A stretch of 57,919 bases of DNA from a virus. Position numbers and translations under genes: made by a program. The DNA is taken from IMG/VR virus record IMGVR_UViG_3300046507_000523, positions 1 to 57,919 of that record. One strand, written 5' to 3'. The notes beneath the pieces were generated by a model, which had not been told where the DNA came from, ran no database searches, and saw nothing but the letters and a program-made list of their open reading frames with translations. Positions 1 through 9,539 of this stretch are shown here, piece after piece. The stretch's first letter is position 1. Each line of letters opens with the position of its first letter.

Positions 1-127
1 GACCGGGAGTTGGCCGGGTAGAACTGTGCGAACCCGCCCGAGAACGGGTTCCACAGGATGTGCGGGGCCATCCCGACGCCGCCACCGGTGAAGTAGGACT
101 GGAGGTTGGCGAACGGAACGAGATCCT
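1..127. repeat. Terminal direct repeat copy 1, identical to 57793..57919 (end overlap of a circular contig)
   Basis: Read directly: the first 127 nt (gaccgggagttggccggg...ggaacgagatcct) recur verbatim as the last 127 nt. Confidence 0.95.
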
Positions 128-257
128 GCGGCTTTGCTGCGGTCGCGTTCCGGTCCCAGGTGATGTGCCCGATGGCCTTCGCGGGGTACTGCGTGTCGCA
201 CGCGGCGTGGCCGCCGACGTCCGCGCGTATCGCCCCAGGCATCCACAGTTCAGGCAT
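1..257 (-). CDS. Endolysin, N-terminal segment of a gene crossing the circular junction (257..1 then 57792..57189; 286 aa in total)
   Basis: ATG at 257..255 (MPELWMPGAIRADVGGHAACDTQYPAKAIGHITWDR...) is 186 nt upstream of, and in frame with, the MAPHILW ATG at 71..69 (= 57863..57861). It lies 2 nt after the stop of the peptidase gene. Confidence 0.8.
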   Translation of the reverse strand, partial: MPELWMPGAIRADVGGHAACDTQYPAKAIGHITWDRNATAAKPQDLVPFANLQSYFTGGGVGMAPHILWNPFSGGFAQFYPANSR

Positions 258-259
258 GG

Positions 260-1093
260 TCAGACTCCGTTCTTGGTGAGCAGGGCGCGGATGTCGGCGC
301 CGAGTTGGGCGACCGTGACCACGGGCGCCGGGGTGGGAGCGGTCGCCCACGCGGGGACGGTGACGTCGCCCTGCTGCGAGAGGAGCCAGGCCAGATCCGC
401 CGTGGCGAAGTAGCCGCAGCCCTTCGCGCCCCAGCCGGTGCCCCACGAGTTGGTGATCCAGTACTCGCCCGACGCGGCGTCGAACCGGTTGAGCTCGATC
501 TCGTGGCCGCCCGCGACACCCGACGACCGGTCGACGAGGATCCGGCCGTCGGTGGCCGTGTCGAACATGCTGTTCAGCCACTCGATGCCGATCATCACCG
601 GGCCCGTCTGCAACGCCGAGTTCAGCGCGGCCATCGAGAACGCGTGCGTGTACGAGGTCGCCAGCCCCAGCGCCTTCAGGGCCTTCGCCACCCCGATCCC
701 CGAGGACCCGGTGTCGTCCGGCGGATACGTGCCGGACACCCCGTCGAGGACGGTGGCCAGCGCGTACAGCGAGATCGCGAACGCTTCGTCCAGCGGGTGA
801 ACCCCCGCCGTGAATGCACCATGCGACGCGGCGGCCGCGGCCGGTGTGATGGTGACCGAGGTCCATCCGGTCCGGCCTACGGAGTCCGTGCCGAGCAGGC
901 CGCAGCCCGCGTTGCCCGTGCAGCTGCCCAACTGGCCCTGGTCGAGGACCGGAGTCCGCCGTGGCCAATCGACGGTCTTGATCGCCGACTTGGGCAGCAC
1001 GCCGTGCGCAAAGTAGAGGGACCGTGGATCGTGCTCGATGTGCCGGCCGAGGTGGAAAGGGCCGCGCTGCTCGGGGATGTGCTGGATCGTCAT
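260..1093 (-). CDS. Papain-fold (C1-like) cysteine peptidase, putative second lysin component
   Basis: 277 aa. Motifs occur in canonical order: [11 protein letters not shown] (Cys), GGHEIEL (His), NSWGTGWG (Asn-Ser-Trp). GAGGAG RBS. Directly upstream of the endolysin. Confidence 0.85.
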   Translation of the reverse strand: MTIQHIPEQRGPFHLGRHIEHDPRSLYFAHGVLPKSAIKTVDWPRRTPVLDQGQLGSCTGNAGCGLLGTDSVGRTGWTSVTITPAAAAASHGAFTAGVHPLDEAFAISLYALATVLDGVSGTYPPDDTGSSGIGVAKALKALGLATSYTHAFSMAALNSALQTGPVMIGIEWLNSMFDTATDGRILVDRSSGVAGGHEIELNRFDAASGEYWITNSWGTGWGAKGCGYFATADLAWLLSQQGDVTVPAWATAPTPAPVVTVAQLGADIRALLTKNGV

Positions 1094-1188
1094 GGTGCTC
1101 CTCGTCGTGCTCCGCGTGACAGTGGAGACGATACGGTTCGTCTCGCCTATCAGGTTGCCGAATCCCCCTGTGAATCCCTGGGGGAGGA

Positions 1189-1386
1189 TCAGACGGTGGT
1201 GACGACCTGCTCGAACTTCTGCGCCATCACCGAGCCGATCCCGGGCGTCCCAGCAAGCAGGGCCCGAACGGCGCCGACGACGTCCAACTCCTGCACCACA
1301 GTGCCTTCCTGGTTGACTGCGGATATATCCACCGACACCACAGGTTCGCCGCTCGTGTTTTTCCCAGTGACCACATACATAGGCAT
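1189..1386 (-). CDS. Hypothetical protein, 65 aa
   Basis: Internal ATG of track ORF 1189..1683 ([17 protein letters not shown]...) with a GAGGAG RBS. The upstream part of the track ORF is Arg/Pro-rich shadow sequence. Confidence 0.55.
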   Translation of the reverse strand: MPMYVVTGKNTSGEPVVSVDISAVNQEGTVVQELDVVGAVRALLAGTPGIGSVMAQKFEQVVTTV

Positions 1387-1399
1387 GGATGGAACTCCT

Positions 1400-1954
1400 C
1401 TAAGCGATGCGCTGGGATGAAATCCAGCTGTCCGTAAAAACCGTGGTCGCGGTAGCACTCGACACGCTCTGAGCCCACACCATCCCCCACGTGCCGCCAG
1501 TGGTGCCGATGCGGAACATTCCGTTGAGTATGACGGTGAGCGCATTTCCTGCACCGAGACCGCCGTATGTGCGAGTGTTTGAGAGGTCGGTCCATTCGGT
1601 GCGGACCGTGTAACCCCACGTCGAGGATGCGTTCTGCTGGGTTCCACCACCAGCCGTGCCGGAAATGGGAGTGGTACCGGCACCGGAGCCGACCCAGGCT
1701 CCGAGCGACCCGGACGGCGCGGTGAAACCGAAAATGATATCTGCGGTTATGTCGGCGTCGAATTTGATCCATCCGTTCCACGCGTACACCGCGCCCGCAA
1801 CAGCAGGGAATTGGATGTGCGGGTCCAGCGTGACCGTGGTCGTCGCGGCACGCGAGGTGTCGGCGGTCTTGCGGGCCACCTGGGGCTGCATCGACCGCAG
1901 CAGGCCCGCCGTGAGCCGCTGCCCGGCGAGCGGTGTTGGATAGGACTCGGGCAC
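1400..1954 (-). CDS. Minor tail protein, putative receptor-binding accessory
   Basis: 184 aa. GTG start behind an AAGGAGG RBS. Gly/Thr/Ser-rich beta-type sequence. Last structural-size gene after the large tail protein. Confidence 0.5.
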   Translation of the reverse strand: MPESYPTPLAGQRLTAGLLRSMQPQVARKTADTSRAATTTVTLDPHIQFPAVAGAVYAWNGWIKFDADITADIIFGFTAPSGSLGAWVGSGAGTTPISGTAGGGTQQNASSTWGYTVRTEWTDLSNTRTYGGLGAGNALTVILNGMFRIGTTGGTWGMVWAQSVSSATATTVFTDSWISSQRIA

Positions 1955-1963
1955 GCTGCCTCC

Positions 1964-4900
1964 TTAAAGGGCAAGAATGGTCGGATTGGCAAGTCGGACG
2001 TCTTCGCCTGCGCTGTGGGCTTTGACGACGCCATTCACGGAGCGTATGACGGTGAAAGTCTGCTGGCATTGCTCGGTGAAGTTGTCGAACTGGATCGTCA
2101 CCGGCAGCACCGCCGTACTCGCGCTGCCCAGCAGCGTCCGCACACCCACCGACCCAACCCCCACAAGGTCGCCGTCGGTAGTCGTGATATCCCAAGTTCC
2201 AGGCTCCGACGTGCCGAGCGTCCACAACTTCGCCTTCAACGCGGTGCCCTCGATGCGGAAACGCATCTTGTACCAGGTCCCCGCAGCGTGGGTGAACTGT
2301 GTCGTGACGGCCGAACCGAGCTGCGTTTCCGATCCGTTGCGCTTCCGCACCGTGAGGATCATTGCGTTCGCGGTGGTGACCTCGACCCGGACGAAGTAGA
2401 AGTGGTTGGTGTCGGTGTAGCGGGCGAACACGAACACGTACTGGCTGTCGCCGGATGGGTTCGCGGACATGGTCCATTCAACGGTGATGTCCGCGTCCTC
2501 CGTGGCGATCGGCAGCACCGTATACCGCAGCACGTTGACGGAGTTGCAGATGTGGCTGCTCGTACCGGACGTGACGGCGTAGTCGGCCGCGGCGCCACCC
2601 GTGGTGCTCCACACTTGCCCGGTGTCTGCGGTCCCCCAGCCGTTCGCCACGCTGCGGGTGAACGTATCCAAGACTTCGGGCGTGATGGCGCCCACCCGCA
2701 TCACCTCGCCGCCCACGCGAATGTCGAAGGGGAATTCGTCGTTGGCGGTGTCGCTGGCGAGACGGAAAACGATTTCGTCGGCGTAGAGAACATTTGAGGA
2801 CGGCGGGAAGCTCGGTACGGTCGGCGAGAGGTTCGCGTATACGGCGCCCGCGGGAGGCGTCACCGTCTGCTGGAAGAACGTCCACGTGTTCGCCGTGACC
2901 TGCTGGTCGTTGGCCGTGGTCGACAGGTACCCGTGAGAGACGTCGAACCAGTTCACGTTGAGATCGACATTGCGGGACACCGCGCACAGCAGCCACCCGG
3001 ACAGCACGTACTGCTGGCCCACGGTCACCGCGATCTGCTCACTGCCCGCGTTCGGGAACTGCGCGACGCCATCCGGGGTGATCTGCATCGACCACTGGCC
3101 GGCGAACGGCGGCAGGCCGGGCGTGGCCACGCGGGCGAGCGTGGCCCCGGACCCGGTCCAGTTGGCGAGGTCGGTCTCGAACCCGCGGTTTGTGTTGAGC
3201 TGCCCGGACTGGACCCAGCCCGGGCCCGAGGTGGTGGCCACGGTGACGCTGGTCGTGGTCGAGGTGAGGTCCGTGGCGAGCTGGCTGCCGTCTGTGTCGA
3301 TCCGGGCTGTCGTGGTGTCGAGGTAGCCGATCGTGTTGTACGGGCTCGCGGGGGCGCAAGTGAACGTGAGGCGGTGCTCAAAGTGGCTGATCTGCTCTTC
3401 GACGCCGAGGATGAGTTGGTCGATCGTGTCGCCACCCAGCCACGCAGGCGGGTTAAGGACCTGCATGCGGTCGCCCATGCGGAGGGCGAGGACGGCCCGC
3501 CGCATGTCCGGGGTGATCGACGAGTGCGCCAAGTTCACGCTGATCAGCGGATACCGGGCTTCGTCGACCGTTCCGTGATGCACCCGCCACGCTGCCTGGT
3601 CCAGCAGCGTCGGCGTGTCCGAGGTGGCCAGGTTCAGCGTCAGCGCGGAGTCCGCGTTCGGCCCGTAGACGCCCACTCCGGCCGGCGGAGGCGCCGTCGA
3701 CAGCGGCCCGTCTATCTCCTCATAGGTCGCGGTGACCCCGTTCACGGAGACGGTGACGCGGTTGGCAAGGTAGCGGTCGTCTTCCACCGGGGTGGGGACC
3801 TGCGCCAGGTTGAACGCGGTGTAGTCCAGGACGAGCGCCGGATCCTGGTTGTACAGCGACGTCCTCGTGCGGTAGCCGAGGCCGAGGACCGCCAAGTTCT
3901 CGTACAGCAGGCCGCCGTCGGCGAGCACAGCCTCCTGCATCAGCGACAGCGGGTTCTGCTTGCCCTGCGCGCCCATGTCCACGGTGTCATCGAGGTCGCC
4001 CACCCAGTCGATCGGGATTCCGTTCTCGCCGCACAGCCGCTGAATGCGGCGGCCCGCGGCTTCTCCGACCGGGTTCAAGCGCACGCCGAGCGCCGTCGTC
4101 GCGGTGATCGCGTTCTCCACCGTGACGTGCCCGATCGCGACTCCTGGCAGGTTCGCCGTGCCGTTCGGGCCGACCACGCTGCGGGACGCCACCCCGAACT
4201 GGACCTTTGTGACCCGGGAGAGCGCCGCGGCAGCGACATCGGTGACGCTGTACACCGTTCCCGTGGTGACGTCGGTGAGCCGGATCGCCCGGTTGAGGCT
4301 CGCACCGTTCTCCGCGAACTCCACGGACACGTACAGCTGGCGGCCGCGGACATCGAGGGTGGTAACGAGGTCTACGCCGAGGTTGGTGCCGTCGTCCGCG
4401 CAGGTGCGCAGGCTGAGGGTGTTCCCGGCAGTGATGTAGTAGAGCTCCCAGAACTGGTTGGCGCCGATCGAGTAGTCGACCTGGTCAATCGCGCAGATCA
4501 CCTTGCCGTCGGACAGCCCGGCCGCCGGGATGGACAGCAAGAAGCGAACCTGCGTCGCGGTCGGGTCGTCGTAGGCGACAACACCGCCGGACAGGTAGCT
4601 CGCGGTCAGATCGGGTAGCGGATCCGATGCGCCGAACCCGCTGTAGGAGGCGAGGTTCGGGGTTCCGGAGATAGTCATCGGGGAGCCGCTGATGAGGGCG
4701 GATGCGATCGTCGTCGCGTCCGAGGGGTCCTCGCATGGCCAGTACGCCACCACGCTCGACGGGAGCGGGTTGGTGACCGCGTTGTAGATCACCGACCGTT
4801 CCGGCGCCGGGCCCTGCGCGAGACGCTGCAAGAGCCCGTTCACGCTCACGTCGACCCACACGTCCGAACCCGTCGGGTCCCACGATGCCGGCCAGCGCGG

Positions 4901-5284
4901 GATCTCGCCCCACACGCGGTACGACTTGCCGCCCATCCCGTCCGGCACCGAGATGCGAATCGGCTGGTTGCGGCCGATCTGCCCGTACCAGACGCCCATG
5001 GGGTTGCGGGGGGTGAACCTTCCGTCCTGGTTCTTCAACGGCAGCGTCGCGTTGGCCTGCTCGGTCTGGTTGCCCTCGTCGCGAATCCCTTTGGTGAGGG
5101 TGATCTGGCCCTGGTCATCGCGGACCATCACGTACGGAGTGATGTCCACCCACGTGCCGTTGACGAGGAGCTCTACCGTGACGGGCTGCCCGGTGCTGGC
5201 CTCCCCGGACGCGCTGAGGGGACCAGCCACGGCGCCCATACGCCGCTGCCAGCCCATCACCTGCGCTGCGAGACCTCCGGGCAT
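1964..5284 (-). CDS. Large minor tail protein (distal-tail/tail-tip type with carbohydrate-binding-like and lectin-like regions)
   Basis: 1106 aa. N-terminus is siphovirus tail-component-like (LKNQDGRFTPRNPMGVWYGQIGRNQPIRIS). Central GFETDLANWTGSGATL...GQQYVLSGWL resembles CBM4/9-type modules. The C-terminal third is beta-rich. Confidence 0.75.
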   Translation of the reverse strand: MPGGLAAQVMGWQRRMGAVAGPLSASGEASTGQPVTVELLVNGTWVDITPYVMVRDDQGQITLTKGIRDEGNQTEQANATLPLKNQDGRFTPRNPMGVWYGQIGRNQPIRISVPDGMGGKSYRVWGEIPRWPASWDPTGSDVWVDVSVNGLLQRLAQGPAPERSVIYNAVTNPLPSSVVAYWPCEDPSDATTIASALISGSPMTISGTPNLASYSGFGASDPLPDLTASYLSGGVVAYDDPTATQVRFLLSIPAAGLSDGKVICAIDQVDYSIGANQFWELYYITAGNTLSLRTCADDGTNLGVDLVTTLDVRGRQLYVSVEFAENGASLNRAIRLTDVTTGTVYSVTDVAAAALSRVTKVQFGVASRSVVGPNGTANLPGVAIGHVTVENAITATTALGVRLNPVGEAAGRRIQRLCGENGIPIDWVGDLDDTVDMGAQGKQNPLSLMQEAVLADGGLLYENLAVLGLGYRTRTSLYNQDPALVLDYTAFNLAQVPTPVEDDRYLANRVTVSVNGVTATYEEIDGPLSTAPPPAGVGVYGPNADSALTLNLATSDTPTLLDQAAWRVHHGTVDEARYPLISVNLAHSSITPDMRRAVLALRMGDRMQVLNPPAWLGGDTIDQLILGVEEQISHFEHRLTFTCAPASPYNTIGYLDTTTARIDTDGSQLATDLTSTTTSVTVATTSGPGWVQSGQLNTNRGFETDLANWTGSGATLARVATPGLPPFAGQWSMQITPDGVAQFPNAGSEQIAVTVGQQYVLSGWLLCAVSRNVDLNVNWFDVSHGYLSTTANDQQVTANTWTFFQQTVTPPAGAVYANLSPTVPSFPPSSNVLYADEIVFRLASDTANDEFPFDIRVGGEVMRVGAITPEVLDTFTRSVANGWGTADTGQVWSTTGGAAADYAVTSGTSSHICNSVNVLRYTVLPIATEDADITVEWTMSANPSGDSQYVFVFARYTDTNHFYFVRVEVTTANAMILTVRKRNGSETQLGSAVTTQFTHAAGTWYKMRFRIEGTALKAKLWTLGTSEPGTWDITTTDGDLVGVGSVGVRTLLGSASTAVLPVTIQFDNFTEQCQQTFTVIRSVNGVVKAHSAGEDVRLANPTILAL

Positions 5285-5287
5285 GGA

Positions 5288-5803
5288 TCACTCGTCCCAG
5301 GTGATTTTGCAGCGGAGGTCAACCGCGGTCGTCGGAGTCGTCGCCCGCACTCGCAGGAACTTCGAGACGGCGACGATGGGCCGCTCGTCGGGCATCCACT
5401 GGTAGGTGTACGTCAGCGGAGACTCACCAGAGACCGAGCTCAGGGCCACCGCGTCGAACACCCGGGACGCCGTCGTCGTGCCCTCTGCCGAGGCCGTGTA
5501 TCCCGTGCCGCTCGTGCTCAGCGTCAGCAGCGACGCAGGCGCGTTCGGGTCGAGAGGCTGCACCCCGGCCGCCACGTGCGCGACAACGGTGGCCGCCACG
5601 TCCGTCTGAAGCAGCTCGATGACCGAGTCGGCGCCCGGCGGGTCGTCGAGGGTGAACGACCAGCTGATGAGCTGGATCTGCCGCGTGCTGGGCGTGGCCA
5701 GCTGGAGCATCGTCTTGATGGCCGTGCCGGTCGTCACCGAGGCCTGCGCCGCGATGGTCGGTGCAGGACCATTCCACGTGGTGTACCTGTGAATGCTGAT
5801 CAC
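5288..5803 (-). CDS. Minor tail protein (hypothetical, 171 aa)
   Basis: Coding-like ORF immediately after the tape measure gene, called by position only. GTG start. Confidence 0.45.
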   Translation of the reverse strand: MISIHRYTTWNGPAPTIAAQASVTTGTAIKTMLQLATPSTRQIQLISWSFTLDDPPGADSVIELLQTDVAATVVAHVAAGVQPLDPNAPASLLTLSTSGTGYTASAEGTTTASRVFDAVALSSVSGESPLTYTYQWMPDERPIVAVSKFLRVRATTPTTAVDLRCKITWDE

Positions 5804-5807
5804 TCCC

Positions 5808-8800
5808 TCATGCGGGTCGCCCCATCAGGGCGACCTGAACGTTGCCGCCGCGGACGCGGACGAACTGACGCAACTCCCTGGCCAGGAACTCGTCGTAGCG
5901 GGATGAGCCGCTGGAGCGGATCTCCAGCTCCACCCGCACCACTCCGCCACCTCCGCCGGCCATGCGGCGCGAGTCCGGGCCCGACCGCACCCGCGACCCC
6001 ACCGGAAGCTCCAGCAGCTCAGGCTCGTGCTCACCCACCCACGTCAGACCCCCGCGCAGACCACCCGACGCGGCCGCACCGACGATCCCGCCGGCCGCCT
6101 TCTTCCCGATAGCCTTCGAGATGGACTTCTCCATGACCGACGCCAGATGCGACATGGCCTTTTCCAACTTGGCCTGCTGGCCCTTCAGTGAGTCGACGAG
6201 CTTCGACTGAGCTTTGATCGCCGCCCCGTACACCGCGTCGGCCGTGGTCTTCCCTGCGGACGTGGCCGCCTTCGCGATCTGCCCCTGCAGACTGTTGACC
6301 GAGGAGATCTCTGACGACGACGCACCCAGCAGCGCGCCCGCGGTCTCCAGGCCGCCGCCGTTGACACCGGCCTCGCCGATCTGCTGGATCAGATCCTTCG
6401 ACAGGCCCTTCGACTTCAGGCCCTTCAGGGCGTCGGCGAACGCGGTGGCCTTGTCCCTCGACTGGGTGAGGCCACCCATGATCGAGGCGACCGTGACCGT
6501 GCTCCCGGACGCCCCCTGGGTGATGTTCGCCGAGGACAGCACCCCGCCCTTGACGCTGTCCGAGAGTTGCGACGCCGAGTTCTTCAGGTCGTCGAGCTTG
6601 CTCTTCGCCTTGTCCAGCGACGCGGTGACCTTGCCGAGGGACTTCTCCGCCTTGATGAGGCCCCGACCGACCGAGTCCAGCTGATGCAGCAGCCGCGATT
6701 CCGTACCCCCGTGGGTCGCACCCTTGATCTCCCCGCGGGCCTGGTTCAGCGACGACACCAGCGAACCCAAATCCGACGGAGCACCGAGCCCCTTCTCGAA
6801 CGGGGTCAAGTGGTATCCGGCCGCGCGGCCGAACGCGGAGATCCCGAACTGCCCGCGCAGGCTCCCACGGGCGTCGAGCTCCGCCTTCGACACCTTCGAC
6901 ACCGAGCCGCCCTTGGCGAACCGCGGCAGCTTGTCCTCGTTGATCGCCTCCAGCAGGCGGCGGTGCTTACGGGCGGAGTCCTTGTTCACCATGAACTCGC
7001 CGCCCATGGCCAAGATGGGCACGTCGTCCTGCGTGCCGGAGCCCCCATTGATGGGCCCGCCGTCTGCGTACTTCGACACCCCACCCTGCCCCTGCGCAGG
7101 CCGGCCGATCGTGGAGTACTTGGAGATCTGCTCCCGCACCGTCGTGATCGTCACCGTCTTCGACCGCAGCGCAGCAATCGCCGCGAGGATCGCGTGCGCC
7201 GCAGCACTCGCCCGGTCCCGCGCCGACAAGGTGATCGTCTTGTCCTTCAGCCCATCACGCGCCCGCTGCACCCCATCGATCGCGGACTTCGCTGGCTTCC
7301 CATTCGCCGTGATCTGGAAGCGCCCGTCCTTCAGCCTGGTGACCTTCAGCCCAAGGTCGCGGAGCATCGACACCGCATCGTCAGTCAGCGCGGACACCTT
7401 GACGCTCTTCGCGTTCGGGGTCTTCTTCAGCGCCGAGAGCACCGAGTCGAGACCGCTCACCGCGTCCTCGGTGCGCATCTCCAACTTCGTCGACTTCTTG
7501 TCGGGAATCCCCGCAATGGACTTCGCGAGCTGGGTCGCCTCCTGCCGGTTCAGGCCCATCGCCATCGCCGACTGAATGAACTGCTTGCGACCCCGCTCAT
7601 AGATCCCGTTGACCGTCTCCCACGACGCCCCAGACTCCCGCGCCGACGCCGCGGCTTCCTTCGTCTTGTCTCCGAGGTTACTGAGCGCCGTGGCCGCGTT
7701 CCGGGCCTTCTCCGAGTTGAGATCGAGCTGCCCGTGACTCATCGTCAAAGCGCCCGCGTTGTCTTTCGCGGCCTTCGCGGCGTCGTCGATGGCCTGCTCG
7801 AAGCCGATCATCCCGCCGAGTGCGCTGCGGTTCGCGTCGTTCAACGCCTCGATGCTCTGCCGCAGCCCGTCCGCTGACTGCTTCTGCGCATCCAACTTGG
7901 CCTGCGTGTCGATCGCTGCCTGCCCGAACAAGCCCATCGACTGCGCGGCGAGCTTCTGCTCCAGCGCCTGGTCAGCGAGCGCGTCCTTGTACTTGTCGAG
8001 GCTCCCTTGCAGCTTCTTGACCTGCTCGGGCTTCATGGTGCTGAGCATGTATGTGAGGGCTGCTCCGGCCAGCTTGGCCTTACCACCCTTGACCATGTCG
8101 GCGAGAGACTCGTCGATCGCCTTGAAGGACCCGGTGAGTTCCTCCGTGGCGTCGCCGCCCTTCAGTAGACCGCCCGAGACGCTGTGGCCCCAGTTGTTGA
8201 CGCTCTCCGCGATGCTGGGGTCGAGGACCTTGTCCATCTGGGCTTTCAGCTTTTCGAAGTGCGTGCCAAACTTGCTCGCCGCTTCACCGGTGACTTGCCC
8301 GGTGCTGCCGAGCCTGGTAAGCGCCGAGGTGAGCTTGTCGACGTCCGGAGGCGCCGACTTGCCGATACTCGACAGCTTCGCCAGGACCGCCACCACCGCG
8401 GCGATCCCCGCGACCACGACCGTCGCCTTCGTCGCCGTGCTCAGCCCCATGAACGCCGTACGCAGCCCCGCCACACCGCCGCCCGCGCCAACCGACGCGG
8501 CACGCAGCGCAGCGATCTTTGTGGCCAGCGTCTGGATCCCGCCCGCCGCGGCCCCGATCCCCGCACCCGCCAGCTTGATCAGCTTGAACGCCGCATACAT
8601 CTGCATCAGCCGGCCGATCACCTCGGGCGGGACCGCAGCGACGATCTTCGCCAGCGCGTTCACCACCGTCAGCAGCCCGGGCCCGGCCTGCGCCGCGCCC
8701 TGGGCCAGGTTCCCGGCCGCCGACGCCAGGTTCGAGAGCAGTTCCTTGACCGCGGGGCCTTGCTCCCGCGCGTACTGCATGAACTGCGCGATCGGGCCGT

Positions 8801-9539
8801 GTGCGTTGCCCTCGGACAGCACTCGGCCGAAGTGGATCGCCCCGTCCGTCGCACGCTTCAAAGAAGAGTTCGCGAAGTCGCTGACCTTTTTCGACAGCGC
8901 ATCAAACCCGGACGTGTTGATGGCGCCGCCCGCAGCTGTGACCAGCCGGTCCAGCTGCTTCGCCGCGCCCTCTGCCATCGGGGTCAGTTTCGGGACGATC
9001 TGTCCCAGCACCGCGAACGACTTCTCGACCGGCTGCATCGTGAACTTCGCCGTGCTGTCGGAGAACTGCGTGAACTTGTCCTTCAACACCAGGTAGGCGC
9101 CCGCCGCCTGCTGCGTCGCCTTCGGCATCCCCGCCAACACCTGCTGCGCCTGCTGCTGCGCCGCGACCGCCTGCTTCGACTGTCCCCCGTACTTCGTGAC
9201 CGCGTCGGTGTACTTCTTCTGTGCGTCCGCCGCGTCCTTCAGGTTCGCGATCTGCGGGATCACCGCAGCACCGAACGCGCCGACCGCGAGCCCGGCGGCC
9301 CCGGCCTGCACTGCGATCGGGGCCAGCGACGCCGCCACCGGAATTGCGGCCGGGGCGAGGGACAGCAGCGATGCCCGGACGTCCATCAGCGCCCCGGTCA
9401 GGCCGTTCCCGGAGCGTTGCATGTCCCCGGCCGTCGCCGCGAACCGGCCGCGCATGTCCCGCAGCCGGCCATTCACATCGCGGAAACCGGCCGCCGTGCG
9501 GTCGTCGACCCGGACTGTGATCGTCACGTCGTCAGACAT
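5808..9539 (-). CDS. Tape measure protein
   Basis: 1243 aa, Ala/Gly/Lys-rich, with coiled-coil stretches and hydrophobic glycine-zipper segments. Directly downstream of the chaperone frameshift pair. Confidence 0.95.
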   Translation of the reverse strand: MSDDVTITVRVDDRTAAGFRDVNGRLRDMRGRFAATAGDMQRSGNGLTGALMDVRASLLSLAPAAIPVAASLAPIAVQAGAAGLAVGAFGAAVIPQIANLKDAADAQKKYTDAVTKYGGQSKQAVAAQQQAQQVLAGMPKATQQAAGAYLVLKDKFTQFSDSTAKFTMQPVEKSFAVLGQIVPKLTPMAEGAAKQLDRLVTAAGGAINTSGFDALSKKVSDFANSSLKRATDGAIHFGRVLSEGNAHGPIAQFMQYAREQGPAVKELLSNLASAAGNLAQGAAQAGPGLLTVVNALAKIVAAVPPEVIGRLMQMYAAFKLIKLAGAGIGAAAGGIQTLATKIAALRAASVGAGGGVAGLRTAFMGLSTATKATVVVAGIAAVVAVLAKLSSIGKSAPPDVDKLTSALTRLGSTGQVTGEAASKFGTHFEKLKAQMDKVLDPSIAESVNNWGHSVSGGLLKGGDATEELTGSFKAIDESLADMVKGGKAKLAGAALTYMLSTMKPEQVKKLQGSLDKYKDALADQALEQKLAAQSMGLFGQAAIDTQAKLDAQKQSADGLRQSIEALNDANRSALGGMIGFEQAIDDAAKAAKDNAGALTMSHGQLDLNSEKARNAATALSNLGDKTKEAAASARESGASWETVNGIYERGRKQFIQSAMAMGLNRQEATQLAKSIAGIPDKKSTKLEMRTEDAVSGLDSVLSALKKTPNAKSVKVSALTDDAVSMLRDLGLKVTRLKDGRFQITANGKPAKSAIDGVQRARDGLKDKTITLSARDRASAAAHAILAAIAALRSKTVTITTVREQISKYSTIGRPAQGQGGVSKYADGGPINGGSGTQDDVPILAMGGEFMVNKDSARKHRRLLEAINEDKLPRFAKGGSVSKVSKAELDARGSLRGQFGISAFGRAAGYHLTPFEKGLGAPSDLGSLVSSLNQARGEIKGATHGGTESRLLHQLDSVGRGLIKAEKSLGKVTASLDKAKSKLDDLKNSASQLSDSVKGGVLSSANITQGASGSTVTVASIMGGLTQSRDKATAFADALKGLKSKGLSKDLIQQIGEAGVNGGGLETAGALLGASSSEISSVNSLQGQIAKAATSAGKTTADAVYGAAIKAQSKLVDSLKGQQAKLEKAMSHLASVMEKSISKAIGKKAAGGIVGAAASGGLRGGLTWVGEHEPELLELPVGSRVRSGPDSRRMAGGGGGVVRVELEIRSSGSSRYDEFLARELRQFVRVRGGNVQVALMGRPA

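Noticed and set aside
1-127. The 127-bp terminal repeat as a biological direct terminal repeat or cohesive-end region.
   Set aside because: It falls inside the endolysin coding sequence, and its length equals a common assembler k-mer. This is most simply an artefact of writing out a circular contig, although it is not provable without reads.
1125-1144. Small hairpin (GAGACGA-6 nt-TCGTCTC) between the tail genes and the peptidase gene as a terminator.
   Set aside because: It has only a 7-bp stem and no U-tract, and the late operon plausibly reads through. The evidence is too weak to annotate.
305-1420. Long ORFs antisense to or out of frame with the structural genes. Examples are 305..1420 +, 1227..2477 -, 2933..4618 +, 8184..10154 +, 13012..14331 +, 16302..17861 +, 18134..19687 + and 36397..37998 +.
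   Set aside because: Their translations are Arg/Pro/Gly/His-rich low-complexity strings typical of shadow frames in very high-GC DNA. Each overlaps a gene with clear family motifs in another frame.
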